A stretch of DNA of 64,000 bases, from the NCBI GenBank assembly GCA_965230925.1, contig OZ246403.1:330455-394454 (forward strand), read 5' to 3'. Shown in pieces: positions 1 through 10,038 of the stretch. The position numbers and the translations under genes were made by a program. The notes beneath the pieces are model-generated. The model had not been told where the DNA came from, ran no database searches, and saw nothing but the letters and a program-made list of their open reading frames with translations. Position 1 is the first letter of the stretch, and each line of letters opens with the position of its first letter. Source of the stretch: an uncultured Candidatus Saccharibacteria bacterium. GTDB taxonomy: Bacteria > Patescibacteriota > Minisyncoccia > Phycocordibacterales > JACOZG01.

Positions 1-21
1 AACAGTTACTTGTTCTTCCAT
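1..21 (-). CDS. rplL: ribosomal protein L7/L12, 5' fragment (runs off the window edge)
   Basis: ATG sits 3 nt after the rplJ stop on the minus strand. Only 7 codons (MEEQVTV) are visible, so the call rests on the conserved rplJ-rplL order alone. Confidence 0.25.
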
Positions 22-24
22 AAT

Positions 25-528
25 TTAATTAGTTACCTCCCGCTTTTTGGCGATTTCGCTCAAAGCGACCGCCAAACCAGCAATAGGAGAATTGATAAGA
101 TTCACAAACTGACCATACAACACTTCGCGAGGGGGCACCGCCGCAATTTGGGCGATTTTCTCAGCATTCACGTATTCACCTTGGAAGATACCGCCGAGGA
201 TTTTGATCCCCTCTTTGACCTTCTTTTGGAATTCGTGCACCCCTTTTGCTGGAGCAATAAGATCAGCACCTGTCGCGAGCGCCACCTCACCGTCGAGACT
301 TGGAATTTCTCCTTTCAGTTTACTTGAAAGACCACCCAAAGCTCGGCGAATCAAGGTCTTCTTTGCCACAAGATAGCCCACCTTCATCGCCTCAAGCGAG
401 CGGCGTAATTCGTTTACCGCATTCACCGAAAGGCCGTGGAAGTTCACAAAAACCACGGTCTCTGCGGCCGCCAAGCGTTCATTCACTTTCTCTAAGATTA
501 CAACCTTTTTTTGTTTACTAATTGCCAT
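25..528 (-). CDS. rplJ: 50S ribosomal protein L10
   Basis: Translation MAISKQKKVVILEKVNERL...VFVNFHGLSVNAVNELRRSLEAMKVGYLVAKKTL is typical L10. The ORF track extends it upstream to 657 only because no stop intervenes. Start is assigned at the internal Met at 528. Confidence 0.85.
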   Translation of the reverse strand: MAISKQKKVVILEKVNERLAAAETVVFVNFHGLSVNAVNELRRSLEAMKVGYLVAKKTLIRRALGGLSSKLKGEIPSLDGEVALATGADLIAPAKGVHEFQKKVKEGIKILGGIFQGEYVNAEKIAQIAAVPPREVLYGQFVNLINSPIAGLAVALSEIAKKREVTN

Positions 529-657
529 AAAAACAAAATAAAAACGGCTAAAAGCCGGTTCGACCACCTCGGCAGGATTTATCCACCAATCCAATGGGCG
601 GACCTGCTGTCTTCGGCTTATGGTCAGAGAGTATATAAAACTTGTGCCAGAAGTCAA
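529..657 (-). promoter_or_regulatory. rplJ promoter (TTGACT-16 nt-TATACT, minus strand, about 630-657) plus ~100-nt structured leader
   Basis: Plus-strand 'agtcaa' (652-657) and 'agtata' (630-635) give, on the minus strand, TTGACT and TATACT separated by a 16-nt spacer. The leader is GC-rich with potential stems, like the autoregulatory L10 leader of other bacteria. Confidence 0.45.
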
Positions 658-787
658 CCTCTCGCCTAGAGAGCGTCGTACAAGCTAATTAAGTAAATCC
701 CCACGATACCCAGAATCACGATCAGAATAAATCCTGCCGTCATCCTCCAAAAATCGTTGTTGGGGTTAGAAATATTGTTCATAAAAA

Positions 788-1705
788 TTATCGGCCAAAT
801 AGCCAGCCCAAAAATCTTTGCCACCAACCCAGCTTCTTTGGTAACACGAGCGGCTCTGGTTCGACCTGTGGCAAGGCAGGAACTGTTTCCACCACTACCG
901 CCGCCTGAGTGGTTGCCTCAACCGTCAATTCTTCTACTTCCTTCTCTTTTTCTTTAGCTTTGGCCACAAGGAGCCTATCTTTCTCTGCCACTTCTGCCCG
1001 GAGGCGGTTCAACTCTTTCAACACCTCTGGTGTAATGGTCGGAACCGGAACAAGAGGTTGGGCAGGCACCGGGGGTGGTGTTACTGCAGCAATGGTGTTA
1101 AGTACAGGAGTTTTTGTCGTGGTCTTCGGTGTTTCTTTTTGTTTTTCCTTTTTCTTTACCTCCTTTTCGTCTTCATCCTCGTCATTTTCCTCCTCATCAG
1201 CCCCTTCCTCGTCCTCATCTTGGTCGTCGTCTACCTCCTCTTCTTCCTCATTCTCATCATCACCTTCCTCTTCGTCATCATCTTCTATCTCCTCCTCTGC
1301 TTCATCTTCTTCACCCACAGTAATGTCCTGTGAAGCTGACCAAGATTCACCTGTATCGCGAATCGTCACCGTCACCGTAATTTCATGTTCCCCTTCATCA
1401 CTGTCTCGGTAATAGAAATTACGTTTAGCCGAGTTCTTTGCCATTACAAGTGACACTGGGTTCCCCTGATCGTTTAGAAACTCCCCTGTGTCAGAATCAG
1501 AAGAAAATTCCACATCCGCCGTGCTGCCAATATTCTCCCCCGTACCCGCAGAATTCTGGGTCTGCACACTCATAATCTCCGAGAGTTGCCCCGCTTCCAC
1601 CGTTCTTTCTGGGGTCACAAACACCAAGTCATCAATATTTGCCGTTTCGGCGTAAGCAAGGCTAGCGAGGAGAAAAAGGCTGGTGAATAGAAACTTTTTA
1701 ATCAT
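788..1705 (-). CDS. secreted hypothetical protein with a ~90-aa poly-acidic (D/E) low-complexity tract
   Basis: N-terminal signal peptide MIKKFLFTSLFLLASLAYA, then a long EEDEAEEEIEDDDEEEGDDENEEEEE... tract, then a hydrophobic C-terminus. No recognised family. Confidence 0.5.
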   Translation of the reverse strand: MIKKFLFTSLFLLASLAYAETANIDDLVFVTPERTVEAGQLSEIMSVQTQNSAGTGENIGSTADVEFSSDSDTGEFLNDQGNPVSLVMAKNSAKRNFYYRDSDEGEHEITVTVTIRDTGESWSASQDITVGEEDEAEEEIEDDDEEEGDDENEEEEEVDDDQDEDEEGADEEENDEDEDEKEVKKKEKQKETPKTTTKTPVLNTIAAVTPPPVPAQPLVPVPTITPEVLKELNRLRAEVAEKDRLLVAKAKEKEKEVEELTVEATTQAAVVVETVPALPQVEPEPLVLPKKLGWWQRFLGWLFGR

Positions 1706-1708
1706 CGC

Positions 1709-2671
1709 TTAATAACTTAACTGATCAACAATTTTACCATTTTGATCATAAAGGGTGATAGTCTCTCGACTATCGTCCCACAATTCCCAACTTTGACCCA
1801 AGTAAACCCGCCACTCATCGGTATAGAAATCAGGATCAGCGTGGTGACGCAAGACACAGGCATTGTAGTTAAAAACCTCGGTCACAAATTCGCGACAAGC
1901 TCGCGGCACATCTTTTAATCCGCCAAAGTAGAGCTCATCATCGACTTCTTTCTCTTCTGGCAATTCACACCGACCAAGCCGACGAACAAAATCATAACAC
2001 TTATCGTCGAGCAAATTGAGATCAACCTCCGTTTCAGGGTTGGGGCAAGATCCTCTGAGTGCCGGTTTAAATTTATCTTGATAATGTTTTAGCTCGCCCA
2101 AATAACCACTACAACGATTAACCTGGAAGCTGGTAGAGATAGGGTACGGATTCCGCTCCGGCAAGCGGCCGGTTACCACAATCGCTTTACCCCGCGAGTC
2201 GAGCACAATGGGTTCTACAGGCCAATTATCTTCTCCACCAATGAAAAGCTTTTTCCCATAAGGAATATAAGCTGAGCCAGAGATCCAAGAAGCGGAGCGA
2301 CTGCTCGCCAATTGCCAATTGGTAATCGTCACCGGCTCATTGGCGCGAGAGGTAATGGTAATGTATTCAAAACCAGGCCGATACTCCGACGCCGCATTCC
2401 CTCGACCGAGTTCCACTTTTTCAGACCAGGGCGAATAAAACTCAGGATTCAATTCCGGGTCCGCATTAGTAGAGCGATTCAAATAGGTGCGATCTCGAAA
2501 GGAGGCACGCTCAGTCTCGCGAGAAGCTGGTTCATATGGGCGATTGAGAAAAAGGCTTCGATTTCCCCCATCTTGCAAACCGCCGGTCGCAAACCACAAG
2601 ACACCCAACACAACCACAATGGCCACCAGCCACAAGAAGTCCCCTTTGCCCGTACTTTCCCAAGACATCAC
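1709..2671 (-). CDS. membrane-anchored extracytoplasmic hypothetical protein
   Basis: Single N-terminal TM (FLWLVAIVVVLGVLWFA) and a Cys-containing extracellular domain. Start lies 4 nt after the upstream gene's stop. Confidence 0.45.
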   Translation of the reverse strand: MMSWESTGKGDFLWLVAIVVVLGVLWFATGGLQDGGNRSLFLNRPYEPASRETERASFRDRTYLNRSTNADPELNPEFYSPWSEKVELGRGNAASEYRPGFEYITITSRANEPVTITNWQLASSRSASWISGSAYIPYGKKLFIGGEDNWPVEPIVLDSRGKAIVVTGRLPERNPYPISTSFQVNRCSGYLGELKHYQDKFKPALRGSCPNPETEVDLNLLDDKCYDFVRRLGRCELPEEKEVDDELYFGGLKDVPRACREFVTEVFNYNACVLRHHADPDFYTDEWRVYLGQSWELWDDSRETITLYDQNGKIVDQLSY

Positions 2672-2765
2672 AATATTCTAACAATTTTTTAGACACACAA
2701 AAACTCCCCCAATTGGGGGAGTTTTTGTTAGCTATTCGCCGGTGGCGAACACAAGTTAGCTAAAT

Positions 2766-5015
2766 TTAGTTCTGGATCAAGCTAATGGTACTGGTCTTGA
2801 AGTCGCCCATATCGAAACGGTAAACCGTATCGTGGACATCTCCACTATCAGTATCCCAGCTAATACCACGCAAGCGAACACCCATTTGGATGTCTGCGCC
2901 AGCAGGACCAATGTTGATCTTCAGAGTACAACGACGAGTGTCATTCTCTGGGATCTCAAACGACTTGTTCGTAGAACTTGTCGTTACGTCGTTAGCCTCA
3001 ACACCAGCACACTCTAGAACCGTCAATGGCAAACTACCAGTGGTTGTGGTGGCGGTTGAATCGGTTGTAGTACCCCACAAAACACCCGAGTTTGCGGTTT
3101 CAGCTGTTGGTCCCGAAGAGAGAGCGCTAGCGGTAGTAGAAGCCACCACAGCACCGTCGATGAAGACATCATCACCGAATGAAGTAACGTCAAAGACGAT
3201 CTGGTAAATACCAGTGTCATCACCACCAGAGAACCCAGCGGCCTGACCATCAGTGTCGGCATCAGACGAAACGAATTCAACGTTAATACCAATATCATAC
3301 ACAGCATGAGCATCACTAGAAGTGTTGGCACTACCTGTAACACGGGTATCAGACAACACTTCACCAGACTCATCTTCTACGCTCCAACCAGCAGTGTCAT
3401 CGGTCGAATCTTCACTGATAAACACTGCGAGGGTAGCGCCTTCGAGAGCACCGTCGGCCACAGAGTTGAAGCTGACCTTAATCTCAGCGTCCACTTCTTC
3501 ACCAGCAGCCAAGTCGTAATCGATATCATCGAAGAGCCAACCCTTAGTGGTGGTATCGTCAGCGGAGGTAATAGTTTCACCAGTAGCCACTTCTGTACCA
3601 TCAATCCACAAAGTTATATCTTTTATCAGATCATCCACATCATCAACGGCTGTTCCGTTAGCAGCAACCGTGGAGCTAGCAGACATCCGCTCGATCACAA
3701 GATCTGAATCACCTTCCGCCTCAAGAGTGAAGGAAAGAACTGAAACATCATCAGTATCATCAGAGGCATGGATGTCAATAACATGAGGATCATTAATCTC
3801 ATCGTCACCCTCATCAATCTTCAGCTCTGCGTTAGCAGCAGAAGCAAAGGTGCCGAAATTAAACGATCGTGTATCACCAGAACCAATGTCGCCGGTTGAG
3901 GTGTCAGTTACAGAAGCGCCTTGAGCATCCTTAAAGCGAACACTTTCGGCTTGAACCAACCAGATATCATTGTCTTCATCCGAGCTAATGTTGTTAACAG
4001 CTGTAACAGCCACAACGAGCTCAGCATTCTCCTCACCAGCCTGGATTATGGCACCAGAATCGAGGGAAATGGTTCGGTCATAGTTGTTGTCATCATTGAA
4101 CTGATCAGCATCAATGCGGGCAACCTCTTCACCGTTAAACCAAATCGAAACCTCGGTGATGTAATCCTCTAGGTCAGAAGAACCAACACCAGTGCTTGGA
4201 TCGAAATCAAGACGAACTGCGGTAATTTCAAGATCTGACCCTTCGTCAGCATCGAGGTCCAGACCAAAGACTTCTACGTCTTCAGACCCCTCACCAACTT
4301 CTTCGCTGTTCAGGCCTGAAACGAAGTCAGCATCGTCAATCGAACCAGCGCCGCCTGTCAAAGTACCAGGGGTGGTGTTACCACCAGTCGTACCAGAAGG
4401 CATGCAGTTATTTGAGAGCAAATTGCCGTTCGGGCAAGTAGGACCAGAAGAGGAAACTGGCATACAGTTATTGGAGAGCGGATTGCCGTTCGGGCAAAGC
4501 GTTCCAGTACCTGTTGAAGGAGGCATCGTTGTGCCACCGCCAGTTGTTCCGCCAGCCATCGCGCTCAAATTAGCGCGGGTCAGAGGACCGAAGTAACCAG
4601 AAGCCGGGCTAATCCCCGCGCTCGCCTGGTACATCTTCAGAGCCGTTTCGGTCAAAGGACCGAAGGTCATAGTCTCCATACCCATGGAACCAGGGCCGGT
4701 TGCGGCTACTGGGAAGCCATGGCTATTGAGCCAAACCTGAAGACATTTCACATCCTCACCGGTTGAACCGATGGTGAGATCACGAGTAAAGGAGCAGCCG
4801 CCAGTCATTGCCGGCATGCCACCAGTGGTACCGGTACCACCAACCATCTGGAGTAACTGTTGCATCAATGCTGGATTGTTGGACAGAAGATTGAGCAAAG
4901 CAGTTGCATCCGGAACCTGAGCACTGACAGCACCCGGAAGGGTGAAGCCGATGACCAGAGCAAGCATCAGACCAAGAGCCACTTTCGCAGCTGTTTGGTT
5001 AAAGAATTTTATCAT
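2766..5015 (-). CDS. large secreted surface protein with a PG_binding_1-like domain, short Cys tandem repeats and a D/T/S-rich domain
   Basis: Signal peptide is present. Motif GEDVKCLQVWLNSHGFPV...TFGPLTETALKMYQASAGI...GYFGPLTRANL fits the peptidoglycan-binding-domain consensus. LCPNGNPLSNNCMP is repeated twice, followed by about 500 aa of acidic/Thr-rich beta-type sequence. Confidence 0.55.
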   Translation of the reverse strand: MIKFFNQTAAKVALGLMLALVIGFTLPGAVSAQVPDATALLNLLSNNPALMQQLLQMVGGTGTTGGMPAMTGGCSFTRDLTIGSTGEDVKCLQVWLNSHGFPVAATGPGSMGMETMTFGPLTETALKMYQASAGISPASGYFGPLTRANLSAMAGGTTGGGTTMPPSTGTGTLCPNGNPLSNNCMPVSSSGPTCPNGNLLSNNCMPSGTTGGNTTPGTLTGGAGSIDDADFVSGLNSEEVGEGSEDVEVFGLDLDADEGSDLEITAVRLDFDPSTGVGSSDLEDYITEVSIWFNGEEVARIDADQFNDDNNYDRTISLDSGAIIQAGEENAELVVAVTAVNNISSDEDNDIWLVQAESVRFKDAQGASVTDTSTGDIGSGDTRSFNFGTFASAANAELKIDEGDDEINDPHVIDIHASDDTDDVSVLSFTLEAEGDSDLVIERMSASSTVAANGTAVDDVDDLIKDITLWIDGTEVATGETITSADDTTTKGWLFDDIDYDLAAGEEVDAEIKVSFNSVADGALEGATLAVFISEDSTDDTAGWSVEDESGEVLSDTRVTGSANTSSDAHAVYDIGINVEFVSSDADTDGQAAGFSGGDDTGIYQIVFDVTSFGDDVFIDGAVVASTTASALSSGPTAETANSGVLWGTTTDSTATTTTGSLPLTVLECAGVEANDVTTSSTNKSFEIPENDTRRCTLKINIGPAGADIQMGVRLRGISWDTDSGDVHDTVYRFDMGDFKTSTISLIQN

Positions 5016-5351
5016 CTTAATTTTAATTATTACTAAACCTAACTAATATCTAATCTAGTAATTTATTCTGCAATTATTGATTGCCGGAACCTCGACAAAG
5101 CGCCGGCGATTGCAAAATGACTTACCGTTTTCTAAATTCCTTCCACTCCAAGTCAAGGAGCGGAAGGCCTTTAGCAAGTTAATGCCTCTGTATATCTATT
5201 TACTTGTCAAAGTTCGTTCATTCCACCAGTAAAGAATTACTGCGTCGCAACAAGTATATTATTTAGCGGTCGTAGCTGCAAAAACACCAATGTGGATAAG
5301 TAAATTCCACTTGTTGCGAGTCTACTTATATAGCGTATAGAGACCCCGAAG

Positions 5352-6158
5352 TCAACTTGACGCCTCATCTAAAATATAGCGGCTCCACCGCCGATCCCCT
5401 TCACGTTTTACCCTCCCTTTGGCCAAAAGAGCATTGAGTTCTCTTTGTACTGTTTTAGTACTCACGGTGGGTAAAGCCTGGGCAATTTCCTTAATAGAAA
5501 GCCAATCTTTACCGGTCATGGCTTGAACAATAGCGCTTTGCCGATCATCATTTTTTTGATTCTGACCCTGCTCTTTCTTGGGTGACTGAGAAAACATAAG
5601 AACCTCTCTTTTGAGCTCAACAAAATCACCCTTTTTACTCTCTTCTCGAGGAAGAAGTCCGGGATCCAAAGGTGCTTCTGGTAAAGCTAAAAAGGGAGTT
5701 TGCCCCCTCAATTGTTGGGCCAAATTCAAATACTCGTTTTTTAAAACCTCCAAATTCATGGAAGAAACTGCTGCCTGTGATCGACCAAGGTTTAGAAGAG
5801 TGGTTAGTTCTTCCAAAATTCTGAAAAACATCTCGGACACTACTGGCACCTGAACACCAGACTGATTGGACCAAGCACTAATCACAGAAAGGAGTTTAAG
5901 AGACAATTTACGAAGTCTCCACTTCAGCGGTTCATTATCGTTGAGTGAATTTGTTATTAAATAGAGGGCTGAAGTAAGCTTATCGGTCTTCAAAGAGACA
6001 AATTTTACTAGGTCATTCTTGTCTTTAATCACCTGTCCCTGACCCTGAAAATACTTGTCCTTAATGGACCTATCGGACATGAGTCTGATTATATATGGGA
6101 CAAAGCATATGTCTAGATATCTGCGCCATAATCGTGTGGTATAATCCGCTCGTGGCAA
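5352..6158 (-). CDS. putative winged-helix transcriptional regulator
   Basis: C-terminus DWLSIKEIAQALPTVSTKTVQRELNALLAKGRVKREG is HTH/wHTH-like. The true start is probably the internal MSDRS (about 6080), since the ORF as drawn overlaps the divergent ftsK ORF. Confidence 0.4.
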   Translation of the reverse strand: MPRADYTTRLWRRYLDICFVPYIIRLMSDRSIKDKYFQGQGQVIKDKNDLVKFVSLKTDKLTSALYLITNSLNDNEPLKWRLRKLSLKLLSVISAWSNQSGVQVPVVSEMFFRILEELTTLLNLGRSQAAVSSMNLEVLKNEYLNLAQQLRGQTPFLALPEAPLDPGLLPREESKKGDFVELKREVLMFSQSPKKEQGQNQKNDDRQSAIVQAMTGKDWLSIKEIAQALPTVSTKTVQRELNALLAKGRVKREGDRRWSRYILDEASS

Positions 6159-8335
6159 GAAAAACGGAGAAACAACCAGAAAAAGAGTCTGTGAGCTTTG
6201 TGGCCAATATTAAAGAAGAGACTAAGCACGGCGTTTTAGCAATTATCTTTTTTGCTCTCGCTCTGTTTTTTATCTTAGCGTGGCTTAACTATGCTGGTTT
6301 AGCCGGACGAATGATACATCAAGCCCTAAGCCGAGTAGTAGGAATTGGTTTCTTTCTCTTTCCTTTAATCACCGTTTTGTTCGGGGTCTCGTTTCTAAAG
6401 TCAATTCGGCCTAATTTTGTGAAAAGCCGCCTCGTAGGCGGCCTAGTCTTCTTCTTGGCCCTACTCGGTATTATTGGGGTTGTAACCACAGATAACGGCG
6501 GAGGAGGTTGGGCAGGAAAGGCAATTTCTGTGGTTTTTCTTAAAATTTTTGACTTCTACATTAGCCTCATTTTCCTGGCGGCCATTGGTTTAGCGGGTTT
6601 TCTAGTAATGTTTGATACTCGCTTCTCTCTTGAGCGTAGTTTCTTTGGTTGGAATCCGTTTAGGAAAAAAAGTGAAATGGCTCCAGGTGAGATACCTCAA
6701 GGATTAACCACGCCCCTTCCCTTACCCGAGGTGGTAGAAACAAAAGTCCCCGAACCAGCCCCCGCAGAGAAAAACGAGCGAACAAACGGGAACGTGGAAG
6801 AAAAACAAGCTGGCCTCAGTAAAGAAATTAATTGGGGTAGGGCGCGCAAACAACAAGCCTTCTCTCCGCCACCCCTATCTCTCCTAGAGAACGACCGCGG
6901 TAAACCTGCTGGCGGTGACATTAAGGCCAATGCCAATATCATCAAACGCACCTTGGCCAACTTTGGCATTGTGGTGGAAATGGACGAAGTTACTATTGGC
7001 CCCTCAATTACCCGCTATGCTCTCAAGCCAGCTGAAGGGGTTAAGCTTTCTCGCATTCTAGCTCTGCAAAATGATTTGTCTTTGGCCCTTGCGGCTCACC
7101 CTATCCGTATTGAAGCCCCAATCCCTGGAAAATCTTTGGTGGGCATTGAGATACCAAATAGTAGTAAGGCAACAGTCGGTCTTGCTTCTCTTGTCGGTAG
7201 TCAAGAATTTATTGAATCCCCTCACCCTCTCCTTGTTTCTCTGGGTCGAGGCATCACTGGAGCTGGCCAATTTGCCAACCTGGCCAAGTCCCCTCACATT
7301 CTGATTGCGGGAGCTACTGGGTCTGGAAAATCAGTGGTCATCCACACTTTCATCACCTCACTTCTGTATCGCAATCCGCCAGACCTTCTTCGTTTTCTCA
7401 TGATTGACCCAAAACGGGTTGAGCTCACGGTTTATAATCAAATTCCCCATCTTCTTACTCCCGTGGTCACCGAAGCCAAAAAAGCCATTATGGTTCTTCG
7501 CTGGGCGATTAAAGAAATGGAACGGCGGTACCAAGTGCTAGAGAAATCACAAGTGCGCGATATTGGCTCCTACCATCGCGGTCTCGCTGAAGGAGAAATT
7601 AAACCCGCCGAGGGTTCAGAGGCAGAAAAGATGCCCTACATTGTCATTATTATCGACGAATTGGCCGACATTATGTCGAGCTTCCCTCGCGAACTGGAGG
7701 CAGCCATTGTCCGCCTCGCCCAAATGTCCCGCGCCGTGGGTATTCACCTGGTACTCTCCACCCAACGGCCATCAGTGGAGGTCATTACAGGTATTATTAA
7801 AGCAAATGTCCCTTCTCGCTTAGCCCTACAAGTTGCCTCACAAATTGACTCTCGAACTATTATTGATATGGCTGGGGCAGAAAAACTACTTGGAGCTGGT
7901 GACTTATTGTACTTAGGGGGCGAAATGTCTAAACCCCTTCGTCTTCAATCCGCCTTTATCTCCGAATCCGAGGTAAAAAAGGTGGTTAGTTATCTCGCTA
8001 AAAAATACGAGGAAGAACTTGGGGAAGACCTTCTTCTAGCTGACGCAGAAAAAGAAAACCAAAATGGCGGCGTTGCTATTGATCTTACCGCCGGCGAGGA
8101 TGAGGAAAGCGATCCTCTATATGCTCAAGCCGTGGAAACTATTCGTCAAAGCGGCAAAGCCTCGACCACCTATCTTCAAAGAAAGCTGGGTGTCGGTTAT
8201 GCTCGCGCGGCACGCCTGATGGATCTCCTCGAAGAACGTGGGGTTGTGGGCCGTGGCGAAGGAGCCAAGGCACGAGAAATTTATTTAGCTGAATCTCCCA
8301 CAACACCAGAAAATAATAACAATGACGCGAGTTAA
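6095..8335 (+). CDS. ftsK: DNA translocase FtsK/SpoIIIE
   Basis: N-terminal TM segments, Walker A GATGSGKSVVIH, a motor domain, and a C-terminal gamma domain (TTYLQRKLGVGYARAARLMDLLEERGVVG). The exact start is uncertain; a GTG near 6152 is possible. Confidence 0.9.
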   Translation: MGQSICLDICAIIVWYNPLVARKTEKQPEKESVSFVANIKEETKHGVLAIIFFALALFFILAWLNYAGLAGRMIHQALSRVVGIGFFLFPLITVLFGVSFLKSIRPNFVKSRLVGGLVFFLALLGIIGVVTTDNGGGGWAGKAISVVFLKIFDFYISLIFLAAIGLAGFLVMFDTRFSLERSFFGWNPFRKKSEMAPGEIPQGLTTPLPLPEVVETKVPEPAPAEKNERTNGNVEEKQAGLSKEINWGRARKQQAFSPPPLSLLENDRGKPAGGDIKANANIIKRTLANFGIVVEMDEVTIGPSITRYALKPAEGVKLSRILALQNDLSLALAAHPIRIEAPIPGKSLVGIEIPNSSKATVGLASLVGSQEFIESPHPLLVSLGRGITGAGQFANLAKSPHILIAGATGSGKSVVIHTFITSLLYRNPPDLLRFLMIDPKRVELTVYNQIPHLLTPVVTEAKKAIMVLRWAIKEMERRYQVLEKSQVRDIGSYHRGLAEGEIKPAEGSEAEKMPYIVIIIDELADIMSSFPRELEAAIVRLAQMSRAVGIHLVLSTQRPSVEVITGIIKANVPSRLALQVASQIDSRTIIDMAGAEKLLGAGDLLYLGGEMSKPLRLQSAFISESEVKKVVSYLAKKYEEELGEDLLLADAEKENQNGGVAIDLTAGEDEESDPLYAQAVETIRQSGKASTTYLQRKLGVGYARAARLMDLLEERGVVGRGEGAKAREIYLAESPTTPENNNNDAS

Positions 8336-8663
8336 ACCACCCCGCTTTTGGCTAACCATTCTCTTCTTTGTCGGCCTTTTGGGCTATGGCGCTTACCAAG
8401 CTCGCAATGTGGCCCGAGGACCTCAGCTTCAAATTAATGAACCAGAAAATGGTCTTGTAGCTGAAGATGATTTAATTCACGTGCGCGGAAACGCCGCCAA
8501 TATTAGCCGTCTTTACCTCAACGGACGACAAATTTTCTCAGACAACATGGGTCGATTTGACGAAGAAGTGCTCCTCGCCTACGGTTACAATGTGTTGGAA
8601 GTCCGAGCTGAAGATCAGTTTGGTCGAGAGACACAAAAGTCGATTAGTCTAATATTAAAATAA
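8322..8663 (+). CDS. small membrane-anchored hypothetical protein
   Basis: Start overlaps the ftsK stop. One TM (FWLTILFFVGLLGYGAY) and a beta-rich C-terminal domain. Confidence 0.4.
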   Translation: MTRVKPPRFWLTILFFVGLLGYGAYQARNVARGPQLQINEPENGLVAEDDLIHVRGNAANISRLYLNGRQIFSDNMGRFDEEVLLAYGYNVLEVRAEDQFGRETQKSISLILK

Positions 8664-8675
8664 TATTTTTAATCT

Positions 8676-9701
8676 ATGGTCAAAAAAGTAAAGGAAGAAA
8701 AAATTTCTGGTAGCGGGATCGAAGACACGATTAAGTCGATTGAAAGTAAGTTTGGCGAAGGCTCAATTATGAAACTCGGCGAGAAGCCGAAGGTTGGCGT
8801 GGGCGCTATCCCCACCGGCTCCGTTGGTCTTGATCTAGCTCTCGGTATTGGCGGTATGCCTCGAGGCAGAATTATCGAAATTTACGGTCCGGAATCTTCT
8901 GGCAAGACCACGCTTGCCCTCCATGTGGTAGCTGGGGCTCAAGCGGCTGGGGGTATTTGCGCCTTCATTGACGCAGAACACGCTCTAGACCCTGATTATT
9001 CGCGTAAAATTGGGGTAAAAACTGAAGAATTGCTCATTTCCCAACCAGATTATGGCGAACAGGCGCTCGAAATCGCTGAAAGTCTTATCCGCTCAGGAAA
9101 AATCGACGTAATAGTTGTCGACTCGGTTGCGGCTCTTACCCCAAAAGATGAAATTGAGGGTGACGTGGGAGCTTATCATGTGGGCAAACAAGCGCGCCTC
9201 ATGAGCCAAGCTCTGCGAAAAATGACTGCAATTGTCGCCAAATCAAAAACCGTGGTGATCTTTATTAACCAAATTAGGATGCAAATTGGCGTGATGTTCG
9301 GTAACCCGGAAACCACACCAGGAGGCAAGGCACTCAAATTTTATTCATCTGTCCGGCTCGACATTCGCCGCATTGCCCAAATTAAAAAAGGTGAGGACGT
9401 GGTGGGCAGTCGCGTCCGCGTGAAAGTGGTAAAAAACAAAGTGGCCGCACCATTTAAGGTGGCCGAATTTGACGTTCTCTACAATGAAGGAATTTCTCCT
9501 GAGGGGGAAATTATTGCCCTCGCCGAAAAATACAAAATTATCACTAAGTCTGGTTCAGCTTACAGTTACGGTTCAGAAAAACTCGGCCGTGGTTACGACG
9601 CCACCCGCCAACTCCTTAAGGAAAAACCCGAGCTCAAAGAAGACCTCTTAGAGAAAATTAAAGAAAAAACCGCCGCTGAGGAAAGCGGGGTGGAAGAATA
9701 G
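8676..9701 (+). CDS. recA: recombinase RecA
   Basis: Canonical RecA sequence, including the [12 protein letters not shown] Walker A. Confidence 0.95.
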   Translation: MVKKVKEEKISGSGIEDTIKSIESKFGEGSIMKLGEKPKVGVGAIPTGSVGLDLALGIGGMPRGRIIEIYGPESSGKTTLALHVVAGAQAAGGICAFIDAEHALDPDYSRKIGVKTEELLISQPDYGEQALEIAESLIRSGKIDVIVVDSVAALTPKDEIEGDVGAYHVGKQARLMSQALRKMTAIVAKSKTVVIFINQIRMQIGVMFGNPETTPGGKALKFYSSVRLDIRRIAQIKKGEDVVGSRVRVKVVKNKVAAPFKVAEFDVLYNEGISPEGEIIALAEKYKIITKSGSAYSYGSEKLGRGYDATRQLLKEKPELKEDLLEKIKEKTAAEESGVEE

Positions 9702-9702
9702 T

Positions 9703-10038
9703 TTACCCAAGCACTCGGCGATAAATTGAGAGAAAGCTGCGAATTCCGTCTCGGCCAAGCCACACACCAGCTATGGCCAAAGCGAGAACAAGACCTTGAA
9801 CAATAAGTTCTGTGTCCCAAAAAGCCCTTAAGGCGTAGGCTGAAGCGGGAACAAAATCATTCGGGATATTAACCCAAATAGCCTGAACCGAAACCAAGGT
9901 TAGCAGAAAACAAAAGGCGCCGGCCGAGAGACCGAGGCGCCATAGGGCTGGCTTCCACAGACGACGAAAAAACCAAATCAAGTAGACGCGTCGCATCACT
10001 CGCGAATTGATGCGACTAAGCAGAATAGACTGGTTCAT
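9703..10038 (-). CDS. membrane protein, candidate anti-sigma factor
   Basis: Three predicted TM helices. Its start overlaps the stop of the upstream ECF sigma gene by 23 nt, the classic sigma/anti-sigma coupling. Function is inferred from context only. Confidence 0.35.
   Translation of the reverse strand: MNQSILLSRINSRVMRRVYLIWFFRRLWKPALWRLGLSAGAFCFLLTLVSVQAIWVNIPNDFVPASAYALRAFWDTELIVQGLVLALAIAGVWLGRDGIRSFLSIYRRVLG

Noticed and set aside
909-1412. Ser-rich 167-aa ORF and two Leu/Pro-rich ORFs on the plus strand (1058-1333, 1114-1323)
   Set aside because: They are antisense shadows of the poly-acidic coding tract (GAA/GAG repeats read as TTC/CTC), so they are compositional artefacts.
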